A stretch of 54,138 nucleotides of DNA. Origin: Vulcanimicrobiales bacterium. GTDB taxonomy: Bacteria; Vulcanimicrobiota; Vulcanimicrobiia; Vulcanimicrobiales; Vulcanimicrobiaceae. Made by a program: the position numbers and the translations under genes. Numbering within the stretch: the stretch's first letter is position 1; the number at the start of each line of letters is the position of its first letter. Below the pieces are notes generated by a model that did no database searches, was not told the origin of the DNA, and was given only the letters and a program-made list of their open reading frames with translations. This document shows positions 27,850 through 37,745 of this stretch, in pieces. Where the stretch lies: NCBI GenBank assembly GCA_038215615.1, contig JBBQQR010000013.1:1-54138 (forward strand), in the 5' to 3' direction.

Positions 27850-28949
27850 TGCAGGCACGCGCTACGGACGAACTCGACGTCGAGGTTCAGCGCCTCGGAT
27901 TGGCGCTCGAGCCCAACAGCGATCCCTCCGAGGCCGAAGGTACGCTCAATCCGGCGTGCGCGCGTACGCGCGAGAACGAGCTGCTGCTTTATCCGCGGGA
28001 CGTAGCCCACGGAAATATTTCGCGCGTAGGGCGTGTCCGTGCAGTTGCAAACGGCGATCGTTTTTCATTCAACCGCGACGGCTTCGTGCTCGAGCCAAGT
28101 GCCGTGTACGAATTGCGCGCGACCCCGGGATATGGCTGCGAGGATCCGCGCGTCACGTTTATTGCAGCGCTCGACGCATACGTGATGTCGTACACCGCAT
28201 TTGGTCCGCAAGGTCCGCGTATTGCGATCGCGCTCTCCAAAGACGGCTATACGTTCGAGCGCGTCGGTAAATTGGTTTTCGACAAACCGGGAATGCACAT
28301 CGGCGACGACAAGGATGCGGCGTTCTTTCCCGAGCCGGTGCGATCGCCGGGCGGCGTTACGTCGCTCGCGTTCTATCATCGTCCCATGCTGCATCTTTCC
28401 GCGGTTGACGGCCGCGCGTCGATCCCGATCATCGAGCGCATGCCGTATCGCGATCGCGAATCGATTCGAATCGGCTACATTCCGTTCGAGCCGGCGCTCA
28501 AGGATCGCGCGAAGCTGCTCGATGTTTGTGAAAGCGAGCTCGCCGTTGCGCCCGACGGCAATTGGGGATCGCTCAAAGTCGGATGCGGAACGCCGCCGGT
28601 GCGCATCGATGAAGGGTGGATGTCGATTTTCCACGGCGTTGACGTGGTAGGCGAAGGCACGAAGCCGAAGCTGCGCTATCGCGCCGGCCTGGTGATTCAT
28701 GACGCGCAGGACCCGCTCAAGATCGTCTATCGTTCGCCTCGCCCCATCCTCACGCCTGAAGACGAATCGGAGCTGCACGGCATCGTCGAAAACGTCGTGT
28801 TTCCGACGGGCATCGATCCGCGTCCGGAGCTCGGTCCGCGCGTTTTCGATTTCTATTATGGAATGGCGGACTGGTCGATTGGAGCGGCCCGTCTTACGCT
28901 CGGGGGAGGGCCCGGCACCCAGCGCGAGCCCGCCGAAAGCGCTGCTTAG
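27849..28949 (+). CDS. GH130-like glycosidase/glycoside phosphorylase
   Basis: LNPAC, GCEDPRVT, DDKDAAFFPE, KVGCGTPPV, NVVFPTG, YYGMAD; TGATG coupling. Confidence 0.85.
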   Translation: MQARATDELDVEVQRLGLALEPNSDPSEAEGTLNPACARTRENELLLYPRDVAHGNISRVGRVRAVANGDRFSFNRDGFVLEPSAVYELRATPGYGCEDPRVTFIAALDAYVMSYTAFGPQGPRIAIALSKDGYTFERVGKLVFDKPGMHIGDDKDAAFFPEPVRSPGGVTSLAFYHRPMLHLSAVDGRASIPIIERMPYRDRESIRIGYIPFEPALKDRAKLLDVCESELAVAPDGNWGSLKVGCGTPPVRIDEGWMSIFHGVDVVGEGTKPKLRYRAGLVIHDAQDPLKIVYRSPRPILTPEDESELHGIVENVVFPTGIDPRPELGPRVFDFYYGMADWSIGAARLTLGGGPGTQREPAESAA

Positions 28950-29430
28950 GTTTTATGCGATCTCGGCGGCCATCGTTTTCACGGCTGCGCTGATCATCGC
29001 CGGTTACGCCAATCGCGATCGTTTTGCGCTCAAGATCGCTTCCGTCACCGCATCGGTTCCACCCAAGGCCGCGCCAGCCCAAGCTGTTGCGCGCCGGCGC
29101 GAGCGCGCTTTCGGCCTAGCGGCTCCCTGGGTGCTCTCGGCGCTGCCCGAGTGTTTGCGCCAGACGTATGAAGCGGTCGGCACCCGCGCTTACGTCGCTT
29201 CGCGAATTCCACCGGGCTACGTGGCGCAGCCGGCGGGAGTTCGGCTGCAATTCGCGGACTGCACGCTTTCCGTCCGCGAAACCGTCGTACTGGTCCGTCG
29301 CGGCGCCGACAAATACTACATTCCGCCGCCCTCGCAACTCTTCAAGCGCGCGTCTTCGATCGCGCTGATGCACGAAGCGGGGACGCGCGCGATTCTGCGC
29401 ATTTACGAACCGGCCCCGCCGGGTCTGTAG
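28942..29430 (+). CDS. Hypothetical membrane-anchored protein
   Basis: N-terminal TM helix (FYAISAAIVFTAALIIAGY), two Cys; its stop abuts the prfC start. Start uncertain. Confidence 0.6.
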   Translation: MLRFYAISAAIVFTAALIIAGYANRDRFALKIASVTASVPPKAAPAQAVARRRERAFGLAAPWVLSALPECLRQTYEAVGTRAYVASRIPPGYVAQPAGVRLQFADCTLSVRETVVLVRRGADKYYIPPPSQLFKRASSIALMHEAGTRAILRIYEPAPPGL

Positions 29431-31088
29431 TGTCCGATGTGGCAAGCGAAGTGCGTAAGCGGCGCACATTCGCGATCATTTCTCATCCCGACGCCGGCAA
29501 GACGACGCTGACGGAAAAGCTGCTGCTCTACGGCGGCGCGATTCAAACGGCCGGCCAAGTTTCGGCGCGCCGCGCGCAGCGGGCCGCCACCAGCGATTGG
29601 ATGGAACTCGAGAAGCAACGCGGGATCTCCATAACGTCGACGGTACTGCAATTCGAGTACGGCGGCTGCACCGTCAATTTGCTCGACACGCCCGGACACC
29701 AAGACTTCGGCGAAGATACGTACCGCACGCTGCTTGCGGCGGACAGCGCCGTGATGCTGATCGACGCTGCCAAGGGCGTCGAGCCGCAGACCAAAAAGCT
29801 CTTCGCGATCTGCCGGGCGCGGCGTATTCCGCTCTTCACTTTCATTAATAAGATGGATCGCCCGAGCCGAGATCCGCTCGAGCTGCTCGACGAATTGGAG
29901 AGCGTCTTAGGCATCGGCGTATTTCCGATGAACTGGCCGTTGGGCAACGGTCCGTCATTCAAGGGCGTTTTCGACCGGGCGACGCGTCGCGTCCATCTGT
30001 TCGAACGCGTCGTGCACGGCGCGAAACGCGCCAACGTCGAGGTCACGGGTGTCGACGATCCTCAGATTCGCGAACTGCTCGACGACCGTTCTTACACGCA
30101 GTTCATCGACGAAATCGCATTACTGGAAGGAGCGGGATCGCAGTTCGATCGCGCTGCGATGCTGCGCGGCGATGTTTCGCCGGTATTTTTCGGCAGTGCC
30201 GTCACAAATTTCGGGGTGCAATTATTCCTGGACGACTTTCTGAAGCTGGCCCCCTCGCCAACGCCCCGCCGCATCAATAGTGTCATAGTGAGCCCGTCGA
30301 ACCACCCCGAGCAGCGTGCCGAAGGCACCCTTGACGAGGGGACGTACGTTAATCCCGAATCGGACCAATTCACGGGTTTCGTCTTTAAGATCCAGGCGAA
30401 CATGGACCCGCGGCATCGCGACCGCGTGGCATTTGTGCGGATCTGTTCGGGGAAATTTGAACGTGACATGATGGTGCGCAACGCGCGCAGCGGAAAAGAC
30501 GTTCGGCTCTCGCGTGCGATGAAGCTCTTTGCGAGCGAACGCGAATCGGTCGAGGCGGCTTACGCCGGCGACGTGATAGGTCTCGCCAACCCCGGCGTGT
30601 TCGCGATCGGTGATTCGCTGAGCGATGGGGCGCCGGTGCAGTTCGAACGGTTTCCAGCGTTCGCCCCGGAACACTTCGCGCAAGTGCGAAGCGTGGATAC
30701 GGCCGGCTACAAATCTTTCGGTAAGGGAATCGCCCAGCTGCGTGAAGAGGGCGCGATCCAAGTGATGTATCCGCTCGGCTCCATGCGGACCGAGCCCATA
30801 CTGGCGGCCGTCGGTCAGTTGCAATTCGAGGTCGTGAAGCATCGTCTGGAATCGGAGTACAACGTGAAGACGATCTTCACGACGCTGCCGTTTTCCGTTG
30901 CGCGGCGCGTTGGGGGTTCGGCCCAAGCGCTGCAGAGCGCGCAGCTGCCCTCGAGCGCGAAGTTGCTCGAAGATTGGGATGGCGCGCCCGTCGCGCTCTT
31001 TGAATCGGATCGGAGTGTCCGGCTGGCCGAAGAGTGGAATCCGCTCCTGCGCTTCACGGAGTTTGCCGGTGCCGGCGCCGTCGTTTAA
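29430..31088 (+). CDS. prfC: Peptide chain release factor 3, with an in-frame insertion of about 20 aa
   Basis: RRTFAIISHPDAGKTTLTEKLLL, SDWMELEKQRGISIT, DTPGHQDF, FVFKIQANMDPRHRDR. Confidence 0.97.
   Translation: MSDVASEVRKRRTFAIISHPDAGKTTLTEKLLLYGGAIQTAGQVSARRAQRAATSDWMELEKQRGISITSTVLQFEYGGCTVNLLDTPGHQDFGEDTYRTLLAADSAVMLIDAAKGVEPQTKKLFAICRARRIPLFTFINKMDRPSRDPLELLDELESVLGIGVFPMNWPLGNGPSFKGVFDRATRRVHLFERVVHGAKRANVEVTGVDDPQIRELLDDRSYTQFIDEIALLEGAGSQFDRAAMLRGDVSPVFFGSAVTNFGVQLFLDDFLKLAPSPTPRRINSVIVSPSNHPEQRAEGTLDEGTYVNPESDQFTGFVFKIQANMDPRHRDRVAFVRICSGKFERDMMVRNARSGKDVRLSRAMKLFASERESVEAAYAGDVIGLANPGVFAIGDSLSDGAPVQFERFPAFAPEHFAQVRSVDTAGYKSFGKGIAQLREEGAIQVMYPLGSMRTEPILAAVGQLQFEVVKHRLESEYNVKTIFTTLPFSVARRVGGSAQALQSAQLPSSAKLLEDWDGAPVALFESDRSVRLAEEWNPLLRFTEFAGAGAVV
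30281..30341. repeat. REP-like palindromic element remnant inside prfC
   Basis: TGTCATAGTGAGCCCGTCGAACCA followed by CCCCGAGCAGC-GTGCC-GAA-GGCAC...GACGAGGGG; coincides with the extra residues relative to canonical RF3. Confidence 0.6.
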
Positions 31089-32031
31089 TTCCGTTCGCGA
31101 CGCAGCCGAACGTCTGCGCGGCATCGTGCACCGTACGCCCGTCCTTACGTCGCGCACGCTCGACGCCATCGCGGGCGGATCGGTATTTTTGAAGTGCGAG
31201 AATCTTCAGCGCATGGGCGCCTTCAAATTCCGCGGCGCTTACAATTGCATCGTGCAAATTGATCCCGGCGTGCGTGCGCGCGGCGTCGTCGCGTTTTCCA
31301 GCGGCAATCACGCGCAGGGTGTCGCGCTGGCGAGCAAATTGCTCGGCGTTCCGGCCACGATCGTTATGCCTTCGGATGCGCCCGCCTCCAAGATCGCGGC
31401 CACCCGCGAATATGGCGCCGAGGTCATCTTCTACGATCGGCACAAATCGCACCGCGCCGAAATCGCGCAAGAGCTCCGCGCGGAACGCGGCGCGACCCTA
31501 ATACCGCCATTCGACGATCCCGAGATCGTCGCGGGCGCGGGAACGGCCGCACTCGAGCTGCTCGAAGATGTTCCCGATCTGGGGATCGTCGCGACGCCGG
31601 TCGGCGGCGGTGGACTGCTTTCGGGTTGCGCTCTAGCCGCGCACGGAGTGAATCCCGCTATCGAATTGTACGGCGTCGAGCCCGAAACGGGCAACCATTT
31701 TCAGCAGTCGCTCGCGCGCGGTGAAATCGTGCAAACCCCGGTGCCGGTAACGATTGCCGACGGATTGCAAACAACCGCTCCGGGCGAGCTCACCTTTGCG
31801 ATCGTGCGCGAACATGTGCGCGCGATCGTCACGGTGACCGACGACCAACTCCGCGACGCGATGCGTTTTGCCTTCGAACGGATGAAAATCGTGATCGAGC
31901 CGAGCGGCGCCGCCGCGCTGGCGGCCGTCATGCAGGGCAAGATTCCGTCCCGCGGCAAACGGACGGGCATCGTTATCAGCGGCGGCAACGTCGACGCCGC
32001 CAGATTCTCAGAACTTACCGGCTCGCGTTAG
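31063..32031 (+). CDS. PLP-dependent threonine/serine ammonia-lyase family (threo-3-hydroxyaspartate ammonia-lyase-like)
   Basis: HRTPVLTS, LKCENLQRMGAFKFRGAYN, AFSSGNHAQG, VGGGGLLSG, EPSGA, ISGGNVD; no ACT domain. Start TTG 31063 or GTG 31069. Confidence 0.9.
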   Translation: MPVPAPSFNSVRDAAERLRGIVHRTPVLTSRTLDAIAGGSVFLKCENLQRMGAFKFRGAYNCIVQIDPGVRARGVVAFSSGNHAQGVALASKLLGVPATIVMPSDAPASKIAATREYGAEVIFYDRHKSHRAEIAQELRAERGATLIPPFDDPEIVAGAGTAALELLEDVPDLGIVATPVGGGGLLSGCALAAHGVNPAIELYGVEPETGNHFQQSLARGEIVQTPVPVTIADGLQTTAPGELTFAIVREHVRAIVTVTDDQLRDAMRFAFERMKIVIEPSGAAALAAVMQGKIPSRGKRTGIVISGGNVDAARFSELTGSR

Positions 32032-32600
32032 CGGCCCATCGAGTAGAACTCGTCGTTCGGGCGCATGTCCATGAGGCCGGCCATGCGATTGGAGAAGCCG
32101 AAGAACGCGGCTATGGCGGCGACGTCCCAGATATCGTCGTCGCTGAAACCGGCCAGATGCATTTCGTCGATCTCGTGTTCGGTCGCGGCGAACCCCGGTT
32201 CGTTGACGCGCGAAGCGAATTCGAGCATTGCCCGCATCCTTACTGGGAGATTCGCAGTACTCCAGTTGTTGGCAATCTGCTCGGATAAAATCGGATCTTT
32301 GCTCAAGACGCGCAGCGCCGCGCCGTGCGCGACCATACAATATTGGCAGCGGTTTTCCGACGAGACGGCTACGACGATCGCTTCGCGCTCGACGCGGCTG
32401 AGATTGCCCGGACCTTTCATGAGAACGTCGTGATAAGCCATGAACGCGCGGAAATGTTCGGGCCGCCGTGCGTACGCGCGAAAGACGTTCGGAACGAAAC
32501 CGAGTTTCTCGCGATTCTTTTCATAGACTTCGCGGATGTCGGGAGGCAGCGCGCTTTCGGCCGGCTCGCCGAAACGCGAAACGGCTTTATGCCCCGCCAT
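32028..32600 (-). CDS. Peroxidase-related enzyme, AhpD/CMD family
   Basis: GFVPNVF and EREAIVVAVSSENRCQYCMVAHG (CxYC...H). Confidence 0.9.
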   Translation of the reverse strand: MAGHKAVSRFGEPAESALPPDIREVYEKNREKLGFVPNVFRAYARRPEHFRAFMAYHDVLMKGPGNLSRVEREAIVVAVSSENRCQYCMVAHGAALRVLSKDPILSEQIANNWSTANLPVRMRAMLEFASRVNEPGFAATEHEIDEMHLAGFSDDDIWDVAAIAAFFGFSNRMAGLMDMRPNDEFYSMGR

Positions 32601-35550
32601 GCGGTCCGGACAACTCCCGGGCGATGGCGTTGACTGCTTCGACGGTTTGCGGCGTCGGCACGGCGTCTGCCGATTCTACGACGTCCAACAGGGAAGCGAG
32701 TTGGGCGTTGATGCCGCTGTCGCGCTGCGCCTCGGCCGTGAGCGCCGCGGCCTGCGCTTGTTTCATCTGAGCATAGCTTTCGGCCATCAGTTTCGTAATT
32801 CGCATCGCGAGCTCAAACTGCGCGCGCAGGGCTGCGTTGCCCACCGTGACGCGCGGATCCATCTTGATAGCGACGGTGCGCCTCTGAGTGAGACCGTCGA
32901 CGGACAGCGCTACCGTATAAGTTCCCGGCAATGCGAGTGCGCCTTCGGGGACCACGGGCGTGTCGTGTTCGATTGCGGAGATGGGAAAGTCGTATGACTC
33001 CGACGGCGGCGCCGTGTAGCGGTAATCCCAGGTCATTCGGTGCATGCCGGGAGCTGCCGATGGAATCTGCGGAGTGCGCGCCCAATATGCGGGCACGCGC
33101 AAATCTGAGGCGGGGACCACGGGTTCGGTCGGACCGGCGCTCGACCAGTGCCGCACGAGATTGCCGGCTGCGTCGTAAATCGAGACAATCACGGCGTGCG
33201 CGTTTGCCGGCAGGTAATAATCGATGATCGCGCCATCAGGCGGATTCTTTCCGGCCGGTTCCTCCGGAGGGAGCGGTGTGTCGGTCCACGTGTCGCGGCG
33301 TACGCGAGTTGCGGACGCCGGCGGAAACAGAAACGGCCGTCCCGCCGTTGCGCTTTGCGCTACTTGCGCGAGCGAACGAAGTGGCCAGATATCGTCGAGA
33401 ATCCAGAACGAACGGCCGTGCGTTCCCACGACGAGATCGTCGCCGTGCACGACCAGATCGCGGATCGACGTCGACGGGAGATTCAGCTGTAGCGATTGCC
33501 AGTTTGCACCGTCGTCCACCGAAAAGTACGCCGTGTTTTCTGTTCCCGCGAACAGCAAGCTACGCGCTTTGGGATCTTCCCGGACGGTATCAACGGGTGC
33601 GTTTTCAGGCAGGCCTGCGTGGAGAAGCTGCCAGTGCGCGCCGAAGTCGTGCGTCGCGTAAATATACGGATGCATGTCGTCCAGGCGCAGACGGGTTACG
33701 GCTACATAGGCGGTTCCGCGATCGAAATGCGACGAATCGATCTGCGAGATCTTCGACCACGAACCCGAAGCGGCGGCCAATCCCGGCGGTGAGACGTTGC
33801 TCCAATGTTTGCCCGCGTCGCGCGTCAGCCAGATGAGCCCGTCATCGGTTCCCGCCCACAACAGATTGCGATCGATGTAGGAAGGCGCCAAGCTGTATAC
33901 GACGCCGCGATGATTGCCTTGCGCCAATGGAGTTTGCGCGAATGGTCCGAGATTGGCCGGAGTGCCCGGGTACGAGCGCGTGAGATCGGGACTGATGACG
34001 CGCCAACGACGCCCGCCGTCGGCCGTTGCGAAGACGACGTTCGAGCCGAAGTAGAGCGTCCGGTTGTCCGCGCGGCTGAAGACCAGTGGATTGGTTCGGT
34101 TGAACCGGTATTTGCCGCGTTCGTAAGAGGGCGACACGTCTTGCGTTTGCTGCAGCGTCTCGTCGTAACGCGAAACCGTGCCGCCGCCCGCGCCGAAAAT
34201 GATCGTGGGATGCAGCGGGTCGGGAGCCACGTAGCCGTACTCCGATGCGCCGACCGGATGCCAGTAGCGAACCCAAATCGCACCGTCATCGCTGCGGCTG
34301 AAAACCTCTGCGCTCCCGCTTTCCTGTTGTCCGCCGAAGACGCGATACGGAAAACGGTCGTCGGCGATCACATGATAGAATTGTCCGGTGGGCTGGTTAT
34401 ACCACGAGCTCCACGTGCGACCGCCGTTTACGGTGAGCGTCGCGCCTTGATCGCAGCCAAGCAAGATGACGTTGGGATCGCCCGGATCGATCCAAACGGT
34501 GTGATAGTCGTCTCCGCCGGGCGCGCCTTTCCATCCGGTCCACGTCTTTCCGGCATCGCTGGAACGATACGTCTGCGTATTGGCAGCGTAGAGAACGTCG
34601 CGATCCGTGGGGTCGACGCCCAAGCCTGAAAAATCGTTTCCGCGGCTGCAGACGCGCGACTCGGAATTGACTTTGAGCCAGCTCTCACCGGCGTCGCTCG
34701 TGCGGTAGATGCCGCACCCTTTGTCGTCATTCACCCACGCGTAGATCCGCTGCGAGTCTCCCGGCGCAATCGCCAAACCGATGCGGCCGATGTTTGAAGG
34801 CAATCCGCCGCGCAGCTGCTTCCACGTCGAGCCCCCGTCTATCGACTTGTACAAACCGCCGTTTGCGTAGAGTTGGAACACGTCGCGCAATCGCCACGGC
34901 GGATTGCGCGACGCCCACAGCGCCGCATACACAATGTTCGGGTTGCGCGGATCGATCAGAACGGTTTCCGCACCGGTGTTTTCGTCTTTGCCTAAAACTT
35001 TTTGCCACGACTGTCCGCCGTCGGTGCTGCGGTAGAGCCCTCGTTGCTCGTTAGGCCCGTACGGATGGCCCAGCACCGCCGCGAAGACGCGGTCCGGATT
35101 ACGCGGATCGATCGCGATGGCGCCGATCTGCATGCCGTCACGCAGACCCAGATGCGTCCACGAAGCGCCGGCGTCGGTGGATTTATAGATGCCGTCGCCG
35201 ACGGAAAGGTCGGGACGGCGCAAGCCCTCGCCCGATCCAGCATAGAGAATATTCGGGTCACTCGGTGCTACGGCCAGCGCGCCGATCGAGCCGGTGTCTT
35301 GTCCGTCGAAGATCGGATTCCACGTGCGCCCGTAATCGGTACTCTTCCAAATGCCGCCGTCGGTTGCGGCCATATAGTAGAGACCACGCTGCGACGGCAC
35401 GCCGGAAACCGCAACGGTCCGCCCGCCGCGAAACGGCCCGATCATTCGCCACTGCATCGCGCTATAGTATTGCGCCGGAACCGTTTGCGCGAACGCGGAG
35501 GCGGCAGCGGCAATCGCTAGCGCGGCGGTCAGGAGAGCGCTCCGGATCAT
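32587..35550 (-). CDS. Secreted BNR/Asp-box (VPS10-like beta-propeller) glycosyl hydrolase-like protein
   Basis: Signal peptide MIRSALLTAALAIAAAASAFA; WRMIGPFRGGR; many S-x-D-x-G-x-x-W Asp-boxes; GTHGRSFWILDD. Start ATG at 35550. Confidence 0.9.
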   Translation of the reverse strand: MIRSALLTAALAIAAAASAFAQTVPAQYYSAMQWRMIGPFRGGRTVAVSGVPSQRGLYYMAATDGGIWKSTDYGRTWNPIFDGQDTGSIGALAVAPSDPNILYAGSGEGLRRPDLSVGDGIYKSTDAGASWTHLGLRDGMQIGAIAIDPRNPDRVFAAVLGHPYGPNEQRGLYRSTDGGQSWQKVLGKDENTGAETVLIDPRNPNIVYAALWASRNPPWRLRDVFQLYANGGLYKSIDGGSTWKQLRGGLPSNIGRIGLAIAPGDSQRIYAWVNDDKGCGIYRTSDAGESWLKVNSESRVCSRGNDFSGLGVDPTDRDVLYAANTQTYRSSDAGKTWTGWKGAPGGDDYHTVWIDPGDPNVILLGCDQGATLTVNGGRTWSSWYNQPTGQFYHVIADDRFPYRVFGGQQESGSAEVFSRSDDGAIWVRYWHPVGASEYGYVAPDPLHPTIIFGAGGGTVSRYDETLQQTQDVSPSYERGKYRFNRTNPLVFSRADNRTLYFGSNVVFATADGGRRWRVISPDLTRSYPGTPANLGPFAQTPLAQGNHRGVVYSLAPSYIDRNLLWAGTDDGLIWLTRDAGKHWSNVSPPGLAAASGSWSKISQIDSSHFDRGTAYVAVTRLRLDDMHPYIYATHDFGAHWQLLHAGLPENAPVDTVREDPKARSLLFAGTENTAYFSVDDGANWQSLQLNLPSTSIRDLVVHGDDLVVGTHGRSFWILDDIWPLRSLAQVAQSATAGRPFLFPPASATRVRRDTWTDTPLPPEEPAGKNPPDGAIIDYYLPANAHAVIVSIYDAAGNLVRHWSSAGPTEPVVPASDLRVPAYWARTPQIPSAAPGMHRMTWDYRYTAPPSESYDFPISAIEHDTPVVPEGALALPGTYTVALSVDGLTQRRTVAIKMDPRVTVGNAALRAQFELAMRITKLMAESYAQMKQAQAAALTAEAQRDSGINAQLASLLDVVESADAVPTPQTVEAVNAIARELSGPHGGA

Positions 35551-36221
35551 CTGCGGCGGAGGTTCTTGCGCTGCTTCGGTTGGAACGGTGCGCCGATTTT
35601 CAGCGCTTTGTCGCGCGGGAGATCCTTGTTGACGTCGTCGCAGCCGATGGGCGAGAAGTCGCGGCAGTCGGCCGGGCGTCCTTCGTAGATGCCGCAATAA
35701 AACTTACCCGGACGCGACTCTTTCAAAAAGACGCATTGATCGGCGATGTCGTCGGTTACTTTTCTGACGTACCCGAGATGATATCCGTCGGCGGATTTGC
35801 GCTGAACGATGTACTCGTCGAGCACTTCCTGCGGCGTGAGGTGCAAATGGGACGCGATGCGTTCCACGTCGCTGCGGCTAACGAAGGGTTCGTAACCGCT
35901 GCAGCACTCCGCGCAGCCCGGCGGGCATGCGATGTTTTCGGGGAGATCGTGCAGATGCTTGCGTGCCAAATCGATAACCTTGGCGACCGCTGCGACAAAT
36001 TCGGGGTCCTCGTTATATTTATAAATCCATTCCCGTTCGACGTTCTCGCTCGTGTTGTAATAGTGATTGATGGTCTGGTTGTAGGTGATCGTAATGTGCT
36101 CTTGATCGATCTCGATGTCTTGGACGTGCTCCATCGGAACCGTGTCGAGCATCTCCGGGTGCGTGGGCTGTCCGGTATCGAGCGTGAACTTGCGCAGGGC
36201 GGTTAAATCGATAGTGGTCAT
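35547..36221 (-). CDS. YkgJ-family cysteine cluster protein with N-terminal extension
   Basis: CPPGCAECC, CVFL, CGIYEGRPADCRDF. Confidence 0.85.
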   Translation of the reverse strand: MTTIDLTALRKFTLDTGQPTHPEMLDTVPMEHVQDIEIDQEHITITYNQTINHYYNTSENVEREWIYKYNEDPEFVAAVAKVIDLARKHLHDLPENIACPPGCAECCSGYEPFVSRSDVERIASHLHLTPQEVLDEYIVQRKSADGYHLGYVRKVTDDIADQCVFLKESRPGKFYCGIYEGRPADCRDFSPIGCDDVNKDLPRDKALKIGAPFQPKQRKNLRRR

Positions 36222-36277
36222 AGCGACGCGTTATTCGACGGAGGTTTTTTAAGGCCCCGGCGAGAGAAGCATGAGAG

Positions 36278-37231
36278 GTGCATAAAGCAATCGGCGTCGA
36301 CCTCGGAGGCTCGCACGTCACGGCGGGGATCGTCGCTGACGACGGCTCGATCCTGGGTCAATACGAACAGGACATCGAGGACCGCTCCTTTGATGCGGTC
36401 CTGGGTGCAGTCAAGACCGTCGTCGATAGCGCGCTCAAAGACGGGAAGGCGAAGGATGCGGCCGCGATCGGTATCGGCGCGCCGGGGAACGTCGAGCTGC
36501 AAACCGGGACCGTTCTCTACTCGCCGAACTTCCTGTGGACCGACGTGCCGCTAGGCGATCGCCTGCGCAAGTACTACGATCTGCCGGTCTTCGTGGCCAA
36601 CGACGCTCGCTGCGCGACGCTGGGCGAGCATACCTTCGGGATCGGAGCGGGCACGCAGAACTTCGTGCTGCTCACCATTGGCACCGGGATCGGCGGCGGC
36701 ATCGTTTCGGGCGGCAAACTGCTCATCGGCAACCGTGCCGGCGCCGGTGAAATCGGCCATCATCAGATCCGCCCGGCCGACGGCTTCATCTGCGGCTGCG
36801 GGAAACGCGGCTGCTTCGAAGCGCAAGCCTCGGGAACGGGCCTTTTGCGCCACGCCTTTGCGGTGGCCCCGTCGTTTCCGCGCAGCAAGCTGCTCGACCG
36901 CGAACGCGACAAACTCGGTTCGAAGATGATCAGGCGCGCGGCGCAAGCGGGCGACGCGCACGGCGTGGCCGCATGGAAAAATTTCTCCTCGGATCTCGCG
37001 CTCGGTCTGGCTAACATTATCGCGTTCGTTAATCCGCAAATGATCGCGCTCGGCGGGGGCGTCAGCAGCGCCGGTGACTTCATGCTGGAGTCCGTGCGCG
37101 ATCGCGTCGAAGAATTAACCACGATGGTTCCGCGCGGCAGCACGCAGATCGTCATCGCCAAGCTCGGCAACGACGCCGGGCAGGTCGGGGCCGCCACGAT
37201 GGCATTTCAAGGCGGTCTCACGCCGAATTGA
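36278..37231 (+). CDS. ROK-family sugar kinase (glucokinase-like)
   Basis: IGVDLGGS, ANDARCATLGE, TIGTGIGGG, GEIGH, CGCGKRGCFE. Confidence 0.93.
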   Translation: MHKAIGVDLGGSHVTAGIVADDGSILGQYEQDIEDRSFDAVLGAVKTVVDSALKDGKAKDAAAIGIGAPGNVELQTGTVLYSPNFLWTDVPLGDRLRKYYDLPVFVANDARCATLGEHTFGIGAGTQNFVLLTIGTGIGGGIVSGGKLLIGNRAGAGEIGHHQIRPADGFICGCGKRGCFEAQASGTGLLRHAFAVAPSFPRSKLLDRERDKLGSKMIRRAAQAGDAHGVAAWKNFSSDLALGLANIIAFVNPQMIALGGGVSSAGDFMLESVRDRVEELTTMVPRGSTQIVIAKLGNDAGQVGAATMAFQGGLTPN

Positions 37232-37686
37232 ACGCGTTGCAGGCGTTCGCGATCGCGCTCGCGATAAAGTTGCCGTTCGGACTTACGCCTGAAGCGTTCA
37301 AAACGATCATGACTCCGCTCAAGGGTCATCCCGCGGCGATGCCCGCCGATACCGTTCCGTTTGAAGGCTGCGTGCCGGCGATGGGTTACCACTACGCCAA
37401 GCCGCAAGACGTGCCGTTCGGGCCGTTTTACGGTTATTACAACGGCAGAGCGGTCTTCACCGAAGTAATGATCGAGAAAAAAGAATTCGAACGCGGCCGC
37501 AGCTGGAACGAGCTGCTCAAGCCGCTGCCCGGCTACGCGATCGATCACGCCGATATTTGGTTCGAGCCGTTCGGTCATCCCGGGTACCGCATACCGCACT
37601 ACGATCTGCACGCGTGGTACGTGCCGCACAACGTGCATATGAAATTCTGCGGAAACGTCTCAGGAAAGCGCCCACCCTACTTATAG
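37228..37686 (+). CDS. TTHB210-like/DUF5602-like His-rich protein, copy 1
   Basis: GCVPAMGYHY, PFGPFYGY, IDHADIW, GHPGYRIPHYDLH. Confidence 0.7.
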   Translation: MNALQAFAIALAIKLPFGLTPEAFKTIMTPLKGHPAAMPADTVPFEGCVPAMGYHYAKPQDVPFGPFYGYYNGRAVFTEVMIEKKEFERGRSWNELLKPLPGYAIDHADIWFEPFGHPGYRIPHYDLHAWYVPHNVHMKFCGNVSGKRPPYL

Positions 37687-37745
37687 AAGAGGCACACGGA
37701 ACGCGGGCCGGCGAATCATTCGGTCGCAATGGAGGTTGCACATAG

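Noticed and set aside
29026..29060. ALKIASVTAS as a third TonB-box-like motif
   Set aside because: Only IASV matches and the register differs; too weak without a profile search.
37698..37729. GGAAC...GTC possible sigmaE-type promoter before the second TTHB210-like gene
   Set aside because: The spacer is about 20 nt, longer than the usual 16-17.
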